Positions 29,494 through 38,134 of a DNA stretch of 64,000 nucleotides are shown piece by piece. The stretch spans positions 9,958 to 73,957 of the forward strand of contig CAZBPK010000022.1 of NCBI GenBank assembly GCA_964493765.1, given 5' to 3'. The notes beneath the pieces are model-generated. The model was not told where the DNA came from and ran no database searches. It worked only from the letters and a program-made list of their open reading frames with translations. The stretch is from an uncultured Bacteroidia bacterium (GTDB lineage Bacteria > Bacteroidota > Bacteroidia > J057 > CALLMJ01). The position numbers and the translations under genes were made by a program. Each line of letters begins with the position of its first letter. The stretch's first letter is position 1.

Positions 29494-30042
29494 ATGCAGA
29501 TTACTGAAAGCTCAATAACATTAAATTTTCCCGACAACAACTACTTTAGGTTATGTGATTGTAAGGGCTATAAAGATATTCAAAATAATCTCGCTGAAAT
29601 GGATGTTTGTTGGTATGACCAAACAAGCGATACACTCTATATCATTGAATTGAAAAATTGGGAGAATAATACTCTTGTTGAAGAGATTGACCCGAATTAT
29701 ACACCTAACGAGATTCAAAAAATAAAAACTAAAATTTCAAATTATAGAATAGATAATCTTCTAAAAAAGTCTGTTGATACGACTTGTATGTTTATGTCAA
29801 TTTTACTCGGTAAGAAAAACGGCAATAAGATTCAACAATGTTCGCCTTTTACAATCTCAAATAATACTACAATAAAGCTTTTATCAATTATTAATTGGAC
29901 AAGCATTGATAGCTCATACATTTCAAATATAAACACCCAATACAAATCAAAATTTAATTCATACGCAAAGTTGTTTGATATAAAAACATTTTTGGTTTTA
30001 CCTAAGGACAAAGCTACTCAATTATTCACTTGGGTAAGCTGA
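29494..30042 (+). CDS. Small hypothetical protein with a PD-(D/E)xK-like nuclease motif
   Basis: 182 aa, starting 8 nt after the ATPase stop. Contains E35-M-D37-VCWYDQTSDTLYII-E52-L-K54-NW (D37 codon 29602-29604, E52 29647-29649, K54 29653-29655), which is the D-x14-ExK spacing of the restriction-endonuclease fold. I did not recognise the rest. Confidence 0.45.
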   Translation: MQITESSITLNFPDNNYFRLCDCKGYKDIQNNLAEMDVCWYDQTSDTLYIIELKNWENNTLVEEIDPNYTPNEIQKIKTKISNYRIDNLLKKSVDTTCMFMSILLGKKNGNKIQQCSPFTISNNTTIKLLSIINWTSIDSSYISNINTQYKSKFNSYAKLFDIKTFLVLPKDKATQLFTWVS

Positions 30043-30316
30043 GAACACCAAACGCACATTTTTGCAAAGCCATAAACCGTTATATCCAAATTTGAAATAT
30101 CAAAAAATCGAAAATAAAGAAATAAACAATAACGAAAAAGTGCAACACCTTTAGCACAAACTTTCTTTAATGTTAGTAAGGCAGACCTAAAGGTCGGAGA
30201 TTTTATTGAAGTTGGGCATAATTCTAATTATGAATGAAAAATACATTTTCTTAACATCGACGTTAGATCTCACGCTATCTTTCCGCTTGCATCCTATGAC
30301 AAAGATTGGCAAATTT

Positions 30317-31186
30317 TTAATTTTTATTAATAAAATCGTAGATACGTTTAAAATAGTTCTCTTCACCAGCAATTTTATGAATATTATTATGCTTTGCATC
30401 TTTAACAATCCAAATTTCTGAAGGTTTTGCAGAAGCTTCATGGCATTTCACTGTTTCATATAATGGACAAACTTCGTCTTTTTCCGCCGCAATAAATAAA
30501 GTCGGTTTATCTAAATGGCTACAGGCACCTATGACATCTACCTGATTTAACCATAGACCCGTTATTAATTTTACCCATAATCTAACCCCTGGTATCATAA
30601 TTCTTGACCAACTTCCTAATTGTTTAGATACTGTCCAACGAATAATTAAATCTAAGTTTGTATAAGGACTCTGGAAAACAAAAGCATTAAACTTTTCTTT
30701 GATTTTCAATCCTGCTTGTGAACCAATGATACTTCCATAAGAAATACCAAACATGGATAATTTTTGAAAGGGTTTATTTTTCTCTAACCATTCTACCGTT
30801 TGAATAATATCTTGAATCTCATTTTTTCCATAAGTAATCCATTTTCCATCACTATCACCATGGGCTCTATGGTCTGGTAAAAGAACATTTATACCCATAT
30901 TTTGAAAAGCTTTAGCAAAGGGAATTAAATAGGGTTTACTTAAATGAATTCCATGTAACAATAGCAGTGTATGATTGGAATTTGCAGGAAAATACCAAGC
31001 ATTTAATTGAAAATTATGGTTTTTCCTTAACGAAATTTCTTCGTAGATTAAGTTAAGTTCTGATGGATGTTTATAGGCTGGAGGTTTCTGATTTTTATCT
31101 TGAGGTTTAATAATCTTTAATGCAATAACTAAAGAGAATATTGCATAAGCAATTAATAAAAAAGAAAAAATGATGAAATAAATCAT
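30317..31186 (-). CDS. Membrane-anchored alpha/beta hydrolase
   Basis: N-terminal TM MIYFIIFSFLLIAYAIFSLVIAL (ATG 31186; the track start is TTG). LLLLHGIH, nucleophile elbow FGISYGS, and a late D/H (AAEKDEV...AKHNN). Confidence 0.75.
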   Translation of the reverse strand: MIYFIIFSFLLIAYAIFSLVIALKIIKPQDKNQKPPAYKHPSELNLIYEEISLRKNHNFQLNAWYFPANSNHTLLLLHGIHLSKPYLIPFAKAFQNMGINVLLPDHRAHGDSDGKWITYGKNEIQDIIQTVEWLEKNKPFQKLSMFGISYGSIIGSQAGLKIKEKFNAFVFQSPYTNLDLIIRWTVSKQLGSWSRIMIPGVRLWVKLITGLWLNQVDVIGACSHLDKPTLFIAAEKDEVCPLYETVKCHEASAKPSEIWIVKDAKHNNIHKIAGEENYFKRIYDFINKN

Positions 31187-31360
31187 GGCGCAAAGTTGCA
31201 AAAGAATTGAAAATGATTTTATAAATTTGTAAAAAATCTTAGTAGTTTACATTAATAAAAAACGAATCATAATTTGAAATCTCACCAGATACTTACTTTG
31301 TAACTAATGTAACGGTTAAAGCTCAAAAACAAAACTATTTTTGTATTCCAAAAATAGAAA

Positions 31361-32410
31361 ATGGAAAATAAAGGTTTATTAAAAGCGCTCTTTTGGATTA
31401 GTTTTGCATTAATTTCGTTTGTATTTGCTTTAATGGGGTTTAGCATTTACATCGTTATGCAAATGATGGGGCAACCACAACCCAAACAACCTAATAACAA
31501 TCAATCTTCTACACTTGTTTCAGAAATTCCTAAGCCCGTTGAAGATAATTCATGGAAAGCTCCAGATTTATCCACAATTACTGAAAACAAAGAATTAATT
31601 GAGTATGGAAAAGATTTAATTGTTCATACAGCAAAGTATTTTGGACCCAAAGGTACAGTATCTGCTAATGCCACGAATGGAATGAACTGTCAAAACTGTC
31701 ATTTAGATGCAGGTGCTAAAGCATTTGGTAATAATTACGGATTAGTGGCTTCTACTTATCCCAAATATCGTGCACGAAGCGGTTCCATGGAAGATATTGA
31801 AAAACGTGTCAATGATTGTTTTGAAAGAAGTTTGAATGGTAAACCCTTAGACCCTCAATCTAAAGAAATGAAAGCCATTAAAGCTTATATTCAATTTGTG
31901 GGCTCTAATGTCAAAAAAGACGATAAACAAAAAGGTTTAAGCATGAAAGACAATGAAATTGCCTTTTTAGACCGTGCCGCAAGTCCTGAAAATGGGAAAG
32001 TTGTGTATAAACAAAAATGTCAATCTTGTCATCAAGCCAATGGAGAAGGTCTAAAAAATGATGACAAATCCGAATATATTTATCCGCCTTTATGGGGCAA
32101 TAACAGTTATAACGACGCAGCTGGTTTGCATAGAATTTCTAATTTTGCGAAATTTGCAAAATACAATATGCCATTGGGTGCTAATCATACAAATGTAATG
32201 TTATCCGATGAAGAAGCTTGGGACATAGCCGCTTTCGTTAACTCTCAAACAAGACCCCACAAAAATACCCCAAACGATTGGCCTAAAATTCATGAAAAAC
32301 CTTTTGACCACCCTTTCGGTCCTTTTGCTGATCCTTACAACGAAAAACAACATAAATTTGGACCTTTCAAACCTATTCAAGAACATTACAAAAAAGCTAA
32401 GAAATCCTAA
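31361..32410 (+). CDS. Dihaem c-type cytochrome (possibly TsdA-like)
   Basis: N-terminal TM/signal and two CxxCH motifs (CQNCH, CQSCH). The surrounding sequence (FGNNYGLVASTYPKYRARSG..EDIE.RVNDCFERSLNG) recalls the thiosulfate dehydrogenase/SoxA-like dihaem family. Confidence 0.75.
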   Translation: MENKGLLKALFWISFALISFVFALMGFSIYIVMQMMGQPQPKQPNNNQSSTLVSEIPKPVEDNSWKAPDLSTITENKELIEYGKDLIVHTAKYFGPKGTVSANATNGMNCQNCHLDAGAKAFGNNYGLVASTYPKYRARSGSMEDIEKRVNDCFERSLNGKPLDPQSKEMKAIKAYIQFVGSNVKKDDKQKGLSMKDNEIAFLDRAASPENGKVVYKQKCQSCHQANGEGLKNDDKSEYIYPPLWGNNSYNDAAGLHRISNFAKFAKYNMPLGANHTNVMLSDEEAWDIAAFVNSQTRPHKNTPNDWPKIHEKPFDHPFGPFADPYNEKQHKFGPFKPIQEHYKKAKKS

Positions 32411-32412
32411 AT

Positions 32413-33930
32413 ATGTCATTAAAAAAATTGAATCAATTTATTTGGGCGTGTCCCTTCGCTAACGCTACGGGTCGGGCTGCTTCGGGTTTCACTTCGTTTC
32501 AGCAATCCTTTTCGCTTCGCTCAAAGGCAGTGCCAAGCCCTTCGCATCCCTCACGCTTATCCCTAAGCCTTGCTTTTCTCCTATTAATCCCCTTTTTACA
32601 TTCCAAAGCCCAAAATTCTCAAGACTCTTCCCTAAAACCACTTCTTTACTACTTCCAGAATGGTAAAACTTCTGGTTTATGGAGAAATCATTTTATGTAC
32701 ACCGATAACCAAAAGAACCTTATTGACTTCGGAGCTCTTGCCACAGGCTTAAATATCAACTACAAAACATTTACTCTCAAAAATTTTTCTTTCTCAGCAG
32801 GATTTTCTGCTGTTGGAAATGTTTGGCAACAAAATCTTTTAGCTCGTGACCCTCAAACTAATCAACCTTCTCGATATGAAATCGGCTTATATGATGTTGC
32901 TAATCCTAATAACTACAAAGCAGTTTTCTTACTTTCTGAATTAGCATTGAATTATTCTTATAAAAATTGGAAAGCTACTTTGGGTAAACAACTCATCAAA
33001 ACCACTTTTATCAATCCACAAGATGGTAGGATGGTGCCTACTTTGGTAGAAGGCTTGTACGTCCAAAAACAAGAAAAAAAATGGGATTTAGAGTTTGGAT
33101 ATTTATATAACATTGCACCGCGTGGAGTTTCTAAATGGTACTCCGTTGGGCAATCGATTGGCATTTATCCACAAGGAGTCCAAGAGAATAGTAAACCTTC
33201 ACAATACGCTGGGAATACTTTTTCCAATGGAATTGGCTTATTAGGCTATCAAAGAAACATTAGTAACTTTATGAAAATCAAAATCCACAATTTGTACGTG
33301 GATAATATCATGAATACCGCATTTTTGCAAACTGATTTTTTTAAAAATGATACTGCTCATCATTCTAAATGGAGTTTAAGCGGACAAATCATCAGGCAAG
33401 ATGGAGTTGGTAACGGTGGTAATATGGAGGTGAATAAAAGATATTTTATAAGAAACGGTAAAAGTTTAACTTTTGGTTGTCGTTTAGCTTGGGAAAATAC
33501 AAAGTGGAATGTTTCATTAAATTATAACAGAATTACTACCTTAGGAAGATTTTTAATTCCCCGAGAATGGGGCATAGAACCTTTTTTTACTTTTATTCCC
33601 CGTGAACGTTCCGATGGTTTTGGTGATGCTCACGCTTACGCTTTAAAAACAGTTTTCATTCCTCATAAATCCTTAAAACTTGGCTATCAATCTGCTTTTG
33701 TGCAATTACCCGATGTCAAAAATTATGCTTTAAATAAATACGGTATGCCTTCTTACTGGCAAAATAATTTAGAAATCCGCTTTTATCCAAATGCTATCTT
33801 TAAAAATTTAGAAGTCTTTGTTTTAATTGTACATAAGTATAACATTGGAGAAACTTATAACGAAAACCGATTCATTTTTAATCGTACCAATATGTTTCAG
33901 TGGAATTTGATTACCAATTATAGGTTTTAA
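32413..33930 (+). CDS. Outer-membrane beta-barrel (porin-like) protein with repeat copy 4 embedded in frame in its 5' end
   Basis: Alternating amphipathic strands and a C-terminal ...NLITNYRF. A signal-peptide-like LSLSLAFLLLIPFLHSKAQ follows the repeat. The only in-frame ATG (32413) lies upstream of the repeat. Starts 2 nt after the cytochrome c stop. Confidence 0.6.
   Translation: MSLKKLNQFIWACPFANATGRAASGFTSFQQSFSLRSKAVPSPSHPSRLSLSLAFLLLIPFLHSKAQNSQDSSLKPLLYYFQNGKTSGLWRNHFMYTDNQKNLIDFGALATGLNINYKTFTLKNFSFSAGFSAVGNVWQQNLLARDPQTNQPSRYEIGLYDVANPNNYKAVFLLSELALNYSYKNWKATLGKQLIKTTFINPQDGRMVPTLVEGLYVQKQEKKWDLEFGYLYNIAPRGVSKWYSVGQSIGIYPQGVQENSKPSQYAGNTFSNGIGLLGYQRNISNFMKIKIHNLYVDNIMNTAFLQTDFFKNDTAHHSKWSLSGQIIRQDGVGNGGNMEVNKRYFIRNGKSLTFGCRLAWENTKWNVSLNYNRITTLGRFLIPREWGIEPFFTFIPRERSDGFGDAHAYALKTVFIPHKSLKLGYQSAFVQLPDVKNYALNKYGMPSYWQNNLEIRFYPNAIFKNLEVFVLIVHKYNIGETYNENRFIFNRTNMFQWNLITNYRF
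32441..32556 (+). repeat. GC-rich REP/MITE-like repeat, copy 4 (short variant, inside an ORF)
   Basis: tttgggcgtgtcccttcgctaacgctacgggtcgggctgcttcgggtttcacttcgtttcagcaatccttttcgcttcgctcaaaggcagtgccaagcccttcgcatccctcacgc. Confidence 0.9.
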
Positions 33931-33936
33931 TTCTAT

Positions 33937-34001
33937 TTCTTTTTCATAATAAAAAAAAAGTAATGATTTTTCATTACTTTTTTTATTATTATGAAAAAGA
34001 A
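33937..34001. terminator. Long inverted repeat acting as a bidirectional terminator between convergent genes
   Basis: Core hairpin aaagtaatga-tttt-tcattacttt (33957-33980) with flanking A/T runs. The arms extend to about 30 nt (ttctttttcataataaaaaaaaagtaatga / tcattactttttttattattatgaaaaagaa) with one small bulge. Confidence 0.75.
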
Positions 34002-34058
34002 ATTTTTTGATTCTGTAAATAGAAAAGTTGAATTAATGCAGAAATACCTAAATAAAGA

Positions 34059-34883
34059 TTATTCTAAAGTTAAGAAATTAATGGTATAAATTCTTTCTTG
34101 AATCGCAACATTAGCATAAGAATCGCAAGAAGAGTAGTCAATTTTTCTTTGATTTTTATCTTCAGGATTTAAAAATGAAACACCATCTTTTAACCATTTA
34201 CAACCCATATCTAAAACGATAGCTTCATTTTCTGCGATACTAGTTGTAAATGATTTATTATCAATATTTTTGCCATTACCGTTTCCAAAAACTTGAATAA
34301 TATCATCGTATAATTCACCATAAGTATTTTTACCTTTCTTCCATTGATAGGTTCTGGTTGAAGTTCTAGAAATTTTATCAGAAGCAGTTTTATAAAATGT
34401 GATACTTTCAGTAGAAGTAAAGTGGGAATACGATTGGGTATTTACGGTAAAGTCAATATTAAATTGATAATATTTTGAACCATTTCCAACAAAATAATTA
34501 TTGGATTTTAGGGTTCTTACGCCATTTTCCTGAAAGTAATTGCCAGTCCATTGGATTTCTAGTTTACCTTTTCTAAACTTGCCATCAATTGCATCACACT
34601 TGCAACCATTACCAAAATCAATGGTAATTTTTTTGTTTTCGGTAGCAGTGGTATCAAAATTAATTGAAGCACAAGCTGGAAAAGTTGTAGAAGGGACTTT
34701 TAAGTACTGTTCTATATGTTCAAGCATATAAAAAGAATGAAAAGACTCGTCGTCCAGTCTATGTATATCTCCTGCAAGGGAAAGGTCTGTGTCTAAAGGT
34801 GTTTTTTTATCTGTTTCTTTACTACAAGAGAAGATTAGAAACACCATAAAAACTAAACTTAAATTGCGTACAAAAGTTATCAT
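34059..34883 (-). CDS. Hypothetical lipoprotein
   Basis: Lipobox MITFVRNLSLVFMVFLIFSC-SKE from ATG 34883 (the track start at 34910 is TTG). I recognised no family. Confidence 0.55.
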   Translation of the reverse strand: MITFVRNLSLVFMVFLIFSCSKETDKKTPLDTDLSLAGDIHRLDDESFHSFYMLEHIEQYLKVPSTTFPACASINFDTTATENKKITIDFGNGCKCDAIDGKFRKGKLEIQWTGNYFQENGVRTLKSNNYFVGNGSKYYQFNIDFTVNTQSYSHFTSTESITFYKTASDKISRTSTRTYQWKKGKNTYGELYDDIIQVFGNGNGKNIDNKSFTTSIAENEAIVLDMGCKWLKDGVSFLNPEDKNQRKIDYSSCDSYANVAIQERIYTINFLTLE

Positions 34884-34995
34884 AAACCCTAAATTTGAAT
34901 TACGCCGCAATATATAAAATAATTTGATACATCAAAATAGACTTTTTAAAAATAAAATTTATTTTTGCTATTGAAAATTAAAATAAATTTGTTGA

Positions 34996-37900
34996 ATGAA
35001 CATCCAGTTATTAGAAAATATTCTTCAATTATTTACTTCTGTTACTCATGATGCGGTTTCTGAAAGAGAAAAACAAATAGTGTATCGTTATTTTTATCAA
35101 TTTCTTGATGATACAACAGCGAAAAGATATGTTACCAAATTTGAATTATTAAGCCAAGGTCAATCTTTAGATATTCTCCAAGTTGCAGAAAATATTGCAC
35201 AGTTGTTTACTCCTAAACAAAAAGTTTTATTATATGTTCAAGTTTTTGAGCTTCTTTTTATTGATGGAATTTTAACCTCTGAAGCAAAAAATAAATTAGA
35301 TACGATTGCTCAAATTTTTAGAATTTCTGAATCTGATAAAGAGGATTTATTTGAATTTGTAACCAATAAAAACCTTAGAGATTGCCCTTTAAATAATTTA
35401 TTGTTGATAAAAAACTCAGAAGTCAAATTTAAAAAAAGTATAAAAGTTGAACATTTAGAGGGTACCTTTGGGGTTCTGTATTTACCTTTTATTGAAAGTT
35501 TTTTTATTAAATATGTAGGGAAATCGGATTATAATTTGAATGGTAGTTCTATGGAGCCTTATGCCATTTATCCTTTGGCTTATGGTTCAATAATTAGAGG
35601 CGAAAAAATTATGCCTATTTACTATTCAACTATAGAATCCTATTTTCAAGATTTAGAACAACAAACCAAAATTTATTTTTGTGCTCAAGATATTGAATAC
35701 AAATTTCCCGGTGGTCATATTGGATTGCATAATATCAATTTATCTGAAACCGGTGGAAATTTAGTAGCTTTAATGGGAGCTTCAGGTTCAGGGAAATCTA
35801 CATTAATCAACGTATTAAATGGTACTCTAAAACCTTCCAGAGGGAAAGTTCTATTAAATGGTTATGATATTCATAAAGACCCTGAAATGATCAAGGGAAG
35901 CATTGGTTATGTTGCTCAAGATGATTTACTCATTGAAGAATTAACAGTATGGGAAAATCTTTATTATTCTGCAAAATTGGCATTTAGCAACCTTACCAAA
36001 GATGAAATTCAGGATTTGGTAAAAAAACAACTGAAAGAACTTGGGTTGTATGAAATTAAAGATTTGCAAGTTGGTGATGTTTTGAATAAGAAAATTTCAG
36101 GGGGTCAAAGAAAAAGATTAAACATTGCATTAGAATTGATTAGAGAGCCTAATGTTTTATTTGTAGATGAACCTACATCTGGCTTATCATCCGCTGATTC
36201 TGATAATGTTATGGAGCTATTAAAAGCCCTTTCCAATAAAGGCAAACTGATTTTTGTGGTTATCCATCAACCTTCAAGTGAAATTTACAAACTTTTTGAT
36301 AGTTTATTATTATTAGATGCAGGTGGTTTTCCTGTTTATTATGGTAATCCAATTCAAGCTATTACTTATTTTAAGGAAAACATGAATTATGTAAATCCTA
36401 ATTATGTAGAGTGCCAGGAATGTGGACACGTAAACCCAGATTTATTACTCAATATTATTGAACAAAAAGCCATTGATGAAAATGGGAATTTAACTTATGA
36501 CAGAAAATTTTCCCCTGAATATTGGCACGGATTATTTTTAAAAAAAATCCCTACACCCAATTTTGAAAATATCCTCAACTATCCAATACAAAAATTTCAT
36601 TTTCCTTCTCGTTTCCAACAAATTCAAATTTTTATTACACGTGATTTTTTAGCTAAAATTAGAAATTTACCTTACCTTCTTATCAATCTGCTTGAAGCTC
36701 CATTTTTAGCACTGATTTTAACTTATTTACTTCGTTATAAACCTTTTAATGAATCCCAGTATTGGTTTAAAACCAACACCAATATTCCCATTTACTTATT
36801 TGTAATTGTATTGGTAGCATTATTTTTTGGTTTAACTGTAAGTGCAGAAGAAATTATCAAAGATAGAAAACTCTTAAAAAGAGAAAGTTTTTTAAAACTT
36901 AGCCGCTCTGGTTATTTGATTTCCAAAGTTTTGATTTTGTCTCTTATAAGCATAATTCAATCTTTGACTTTTTTATTAGTGGGTAATACCATTTTAGAAG
37001 TTGAAACAAGTATGTATTTTTCTTATTTTATGGTCATGTTTGTTTTGTGTTTATATGCAAATATTTTAGGTTTAAATTTATCTTCTACCTTTGATAATTC
37101 TGTAACCGTTTATATTTTGATACCGTTAATTTTAGTGCCTCAAATCATTTTGAGTGGTATTGTAGTAAATTTTGATAAACTCAATCCCAATTGGTCAACT
37201 CCCGGTAAAGTCCCTTTAGCTGCAGAAATGATGGTTTCTCGTTGGGGCTTTGAAGCATTAGCAGTTAATCAATTTAAAAATAATTCCTACAAATCTATTT
37301 TCTATGAATATGACCGTCAAATTTCCCATGCAAAATTTATGATTAACGATTGGATTGAACATATAGAAACCAAAACCAATAGAATTTATGATGATGTAAA
37401 GTCTAACCCACAATCTTTAGAATATAAACAAAAATTTATCAATATTTCTAAGTTATTAGAACCCGAAATGCCTTTTTTTAGAGGTAAATTTGACAACATT
37501 TTTAACAAATTAAAAAATCAAAACTTTAATCCTGAAAAAGAAGAAGACCGTGACGATTTATATGACCTTTATGCTGCTATTAGAAATCGTTATACCCAAA
37601 TATTAAACAATATTAATCGTAAAAGAGATGACTATGTAAGAAGAATTAAAAATCCTCAAGTTTTAATTGAACTTTCCAATCGCTGTGAAAATGAAGGATT
37701 AAATGATTTAGTCCAAATGAAAACCCTTGAACCACGTATCATTGAAAAAAACAATCAAATCATTCAGTTAGTAGAACCGATCTATTTATTACCAGAAATG
37801 AAATTTGACCCATTAGATTGGACATCTCATTTTTATAGCCCTTATAAAGTTTTTCTTGGTTATTATTGGGAAACTATCAGTTACAATGTATCAATCATTT

Positions 37901-38007
37901 TGTTTATGACGTTTATTTTATGTATCATGCTTTATTTTGATGTATTCCGTAAATTAATGGATTCTCCCAAAAATTTAAAATTCATCAGAAAAATGTTAAA
38001 AAAGTAA
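34996..38007 (+). CDS. ABC transporter, fused ATP-binding and ABC-2-type permease protein with long N- and C-terminal extensions
   Basis: Walker A GASGSGKST, signature ISGGQRKRL, Walker B LFVDEPTSGL, followed by multiple TM helices. An N-terminal region of about 230 aa and a C-terminal region of about 250 aa (ending in one more TM) have unknown function. Confidence 0.85.
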   Translation: MNIQLLENILQLFTSVTHDAVSEREKQIVYRYFYQFLDDTTAKRYVTKFELLSQGQSLDILQVAENIAQLFTPKQKVLLYVQVFELLFIDGILTSEAKNKLDTIAQIFRISESDKEDLFEFVTNKNLRDCPLNNLLLIKNSEVKFKKSIKVEHLEGTFGVLYLPFIESFFIKYVGKSDYNLNGSSMEPYAIYPLAYGSIIRGEKIMPIYYSTIESYFQDLEQQTKIYFCAQDIEYKFPGGHIGLHNINLSETGGNLVALMGASGSGKSTLINVLNGTLKPSRGKVLLNGYDIHKDPEMIKGSIGYVAQDDLLIEELTVWENLYYSAKLAFSNLTKDEIQDLVKKQLKELGLYEIKDLQVGDVLNKKISGGQRKRLNIALELIREPNVLFVDEPTSGLSSADSDNVMELLKALSNKGKLIFVVIHQPSSEIYKLFDSLLLLDAGGFPVYYGNPIQAITYFKENMNYVNPNYVECQECGHVNPDLLLNIIEQKAIDENGNLTYDRKFSPEYWHGLFLKKIPTPNFENILNYPIQKFHFPSRFQQIQIFITRDFLAKIRNLPYLLINLLEAPFLALILTYLLRYKPFNESQYWFKTNTNIPIYLFVIVLVALFFGLTVSAEEIIKDRKLLKRESFLKLSRSGYLISKVLILSLISIIQSLTFLLVGNTILEVETSMYFSYFMVMFVLCLYANILGLNLSSTFDNSVTVYILIPLILVPQIILSGIVVNFDKLNPNWSTPGKVPLAAEMMVSRWGFEALAVNQFKNNSYKSIFYEYDRQISHAKFMINDWIEHIETKTNRIYDDVKSNPQSLEYKQKFINISKLLEPEMPFFRGKFDNIFNKLKNQNFNPEKEEDRDDLYDLYAAIRNRYTQILNNINRKRDDYVRRIKNPQVLIELSNRCENEGLNDLVQMKTLEPRIIEKNNQIIQLVEPIYLLPEMKFDPLDWTSHFYSPYKVFLGYYWETISYNVSIILFMTFILCIMLYFDVFRKLMDSPKNLKFIRKMLKK

Positions 38008-38082
38008 AATGGTTAATAGCATAAAAATTGACTACTTGTTGTTATAGTAACAACGAAGAAAGTACACAATACGTTTAACAAT

Positions 38083-38116
38083 AAAAAAAGTGTAACCCAA
38101 AGAGTTACACTTTTTT
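38083..38116. terminator. Bidirectional rho-independent terminator
   Basis: aaaaaaaGTGTAAC-ccaaaga-GTTACACtttttt between convergent genes. Confidence 0.75.
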
Positions 38117-38134
38117 GTTTATGTTCTAATTAAA

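Noticed and set aside
30187-30441. Small ORFs 30187-30441 (-) and 30206-30421 (+) as a possible third component of the ATPase/nuclease-like cassette.
   Set aside because: Both overlap the 3' end of the alpha/beta hydrolase gene in other frames and translate to low-complexity Ile/Lys/Phe-rich peptides. The 30043-30316 region has no convincing ORF.
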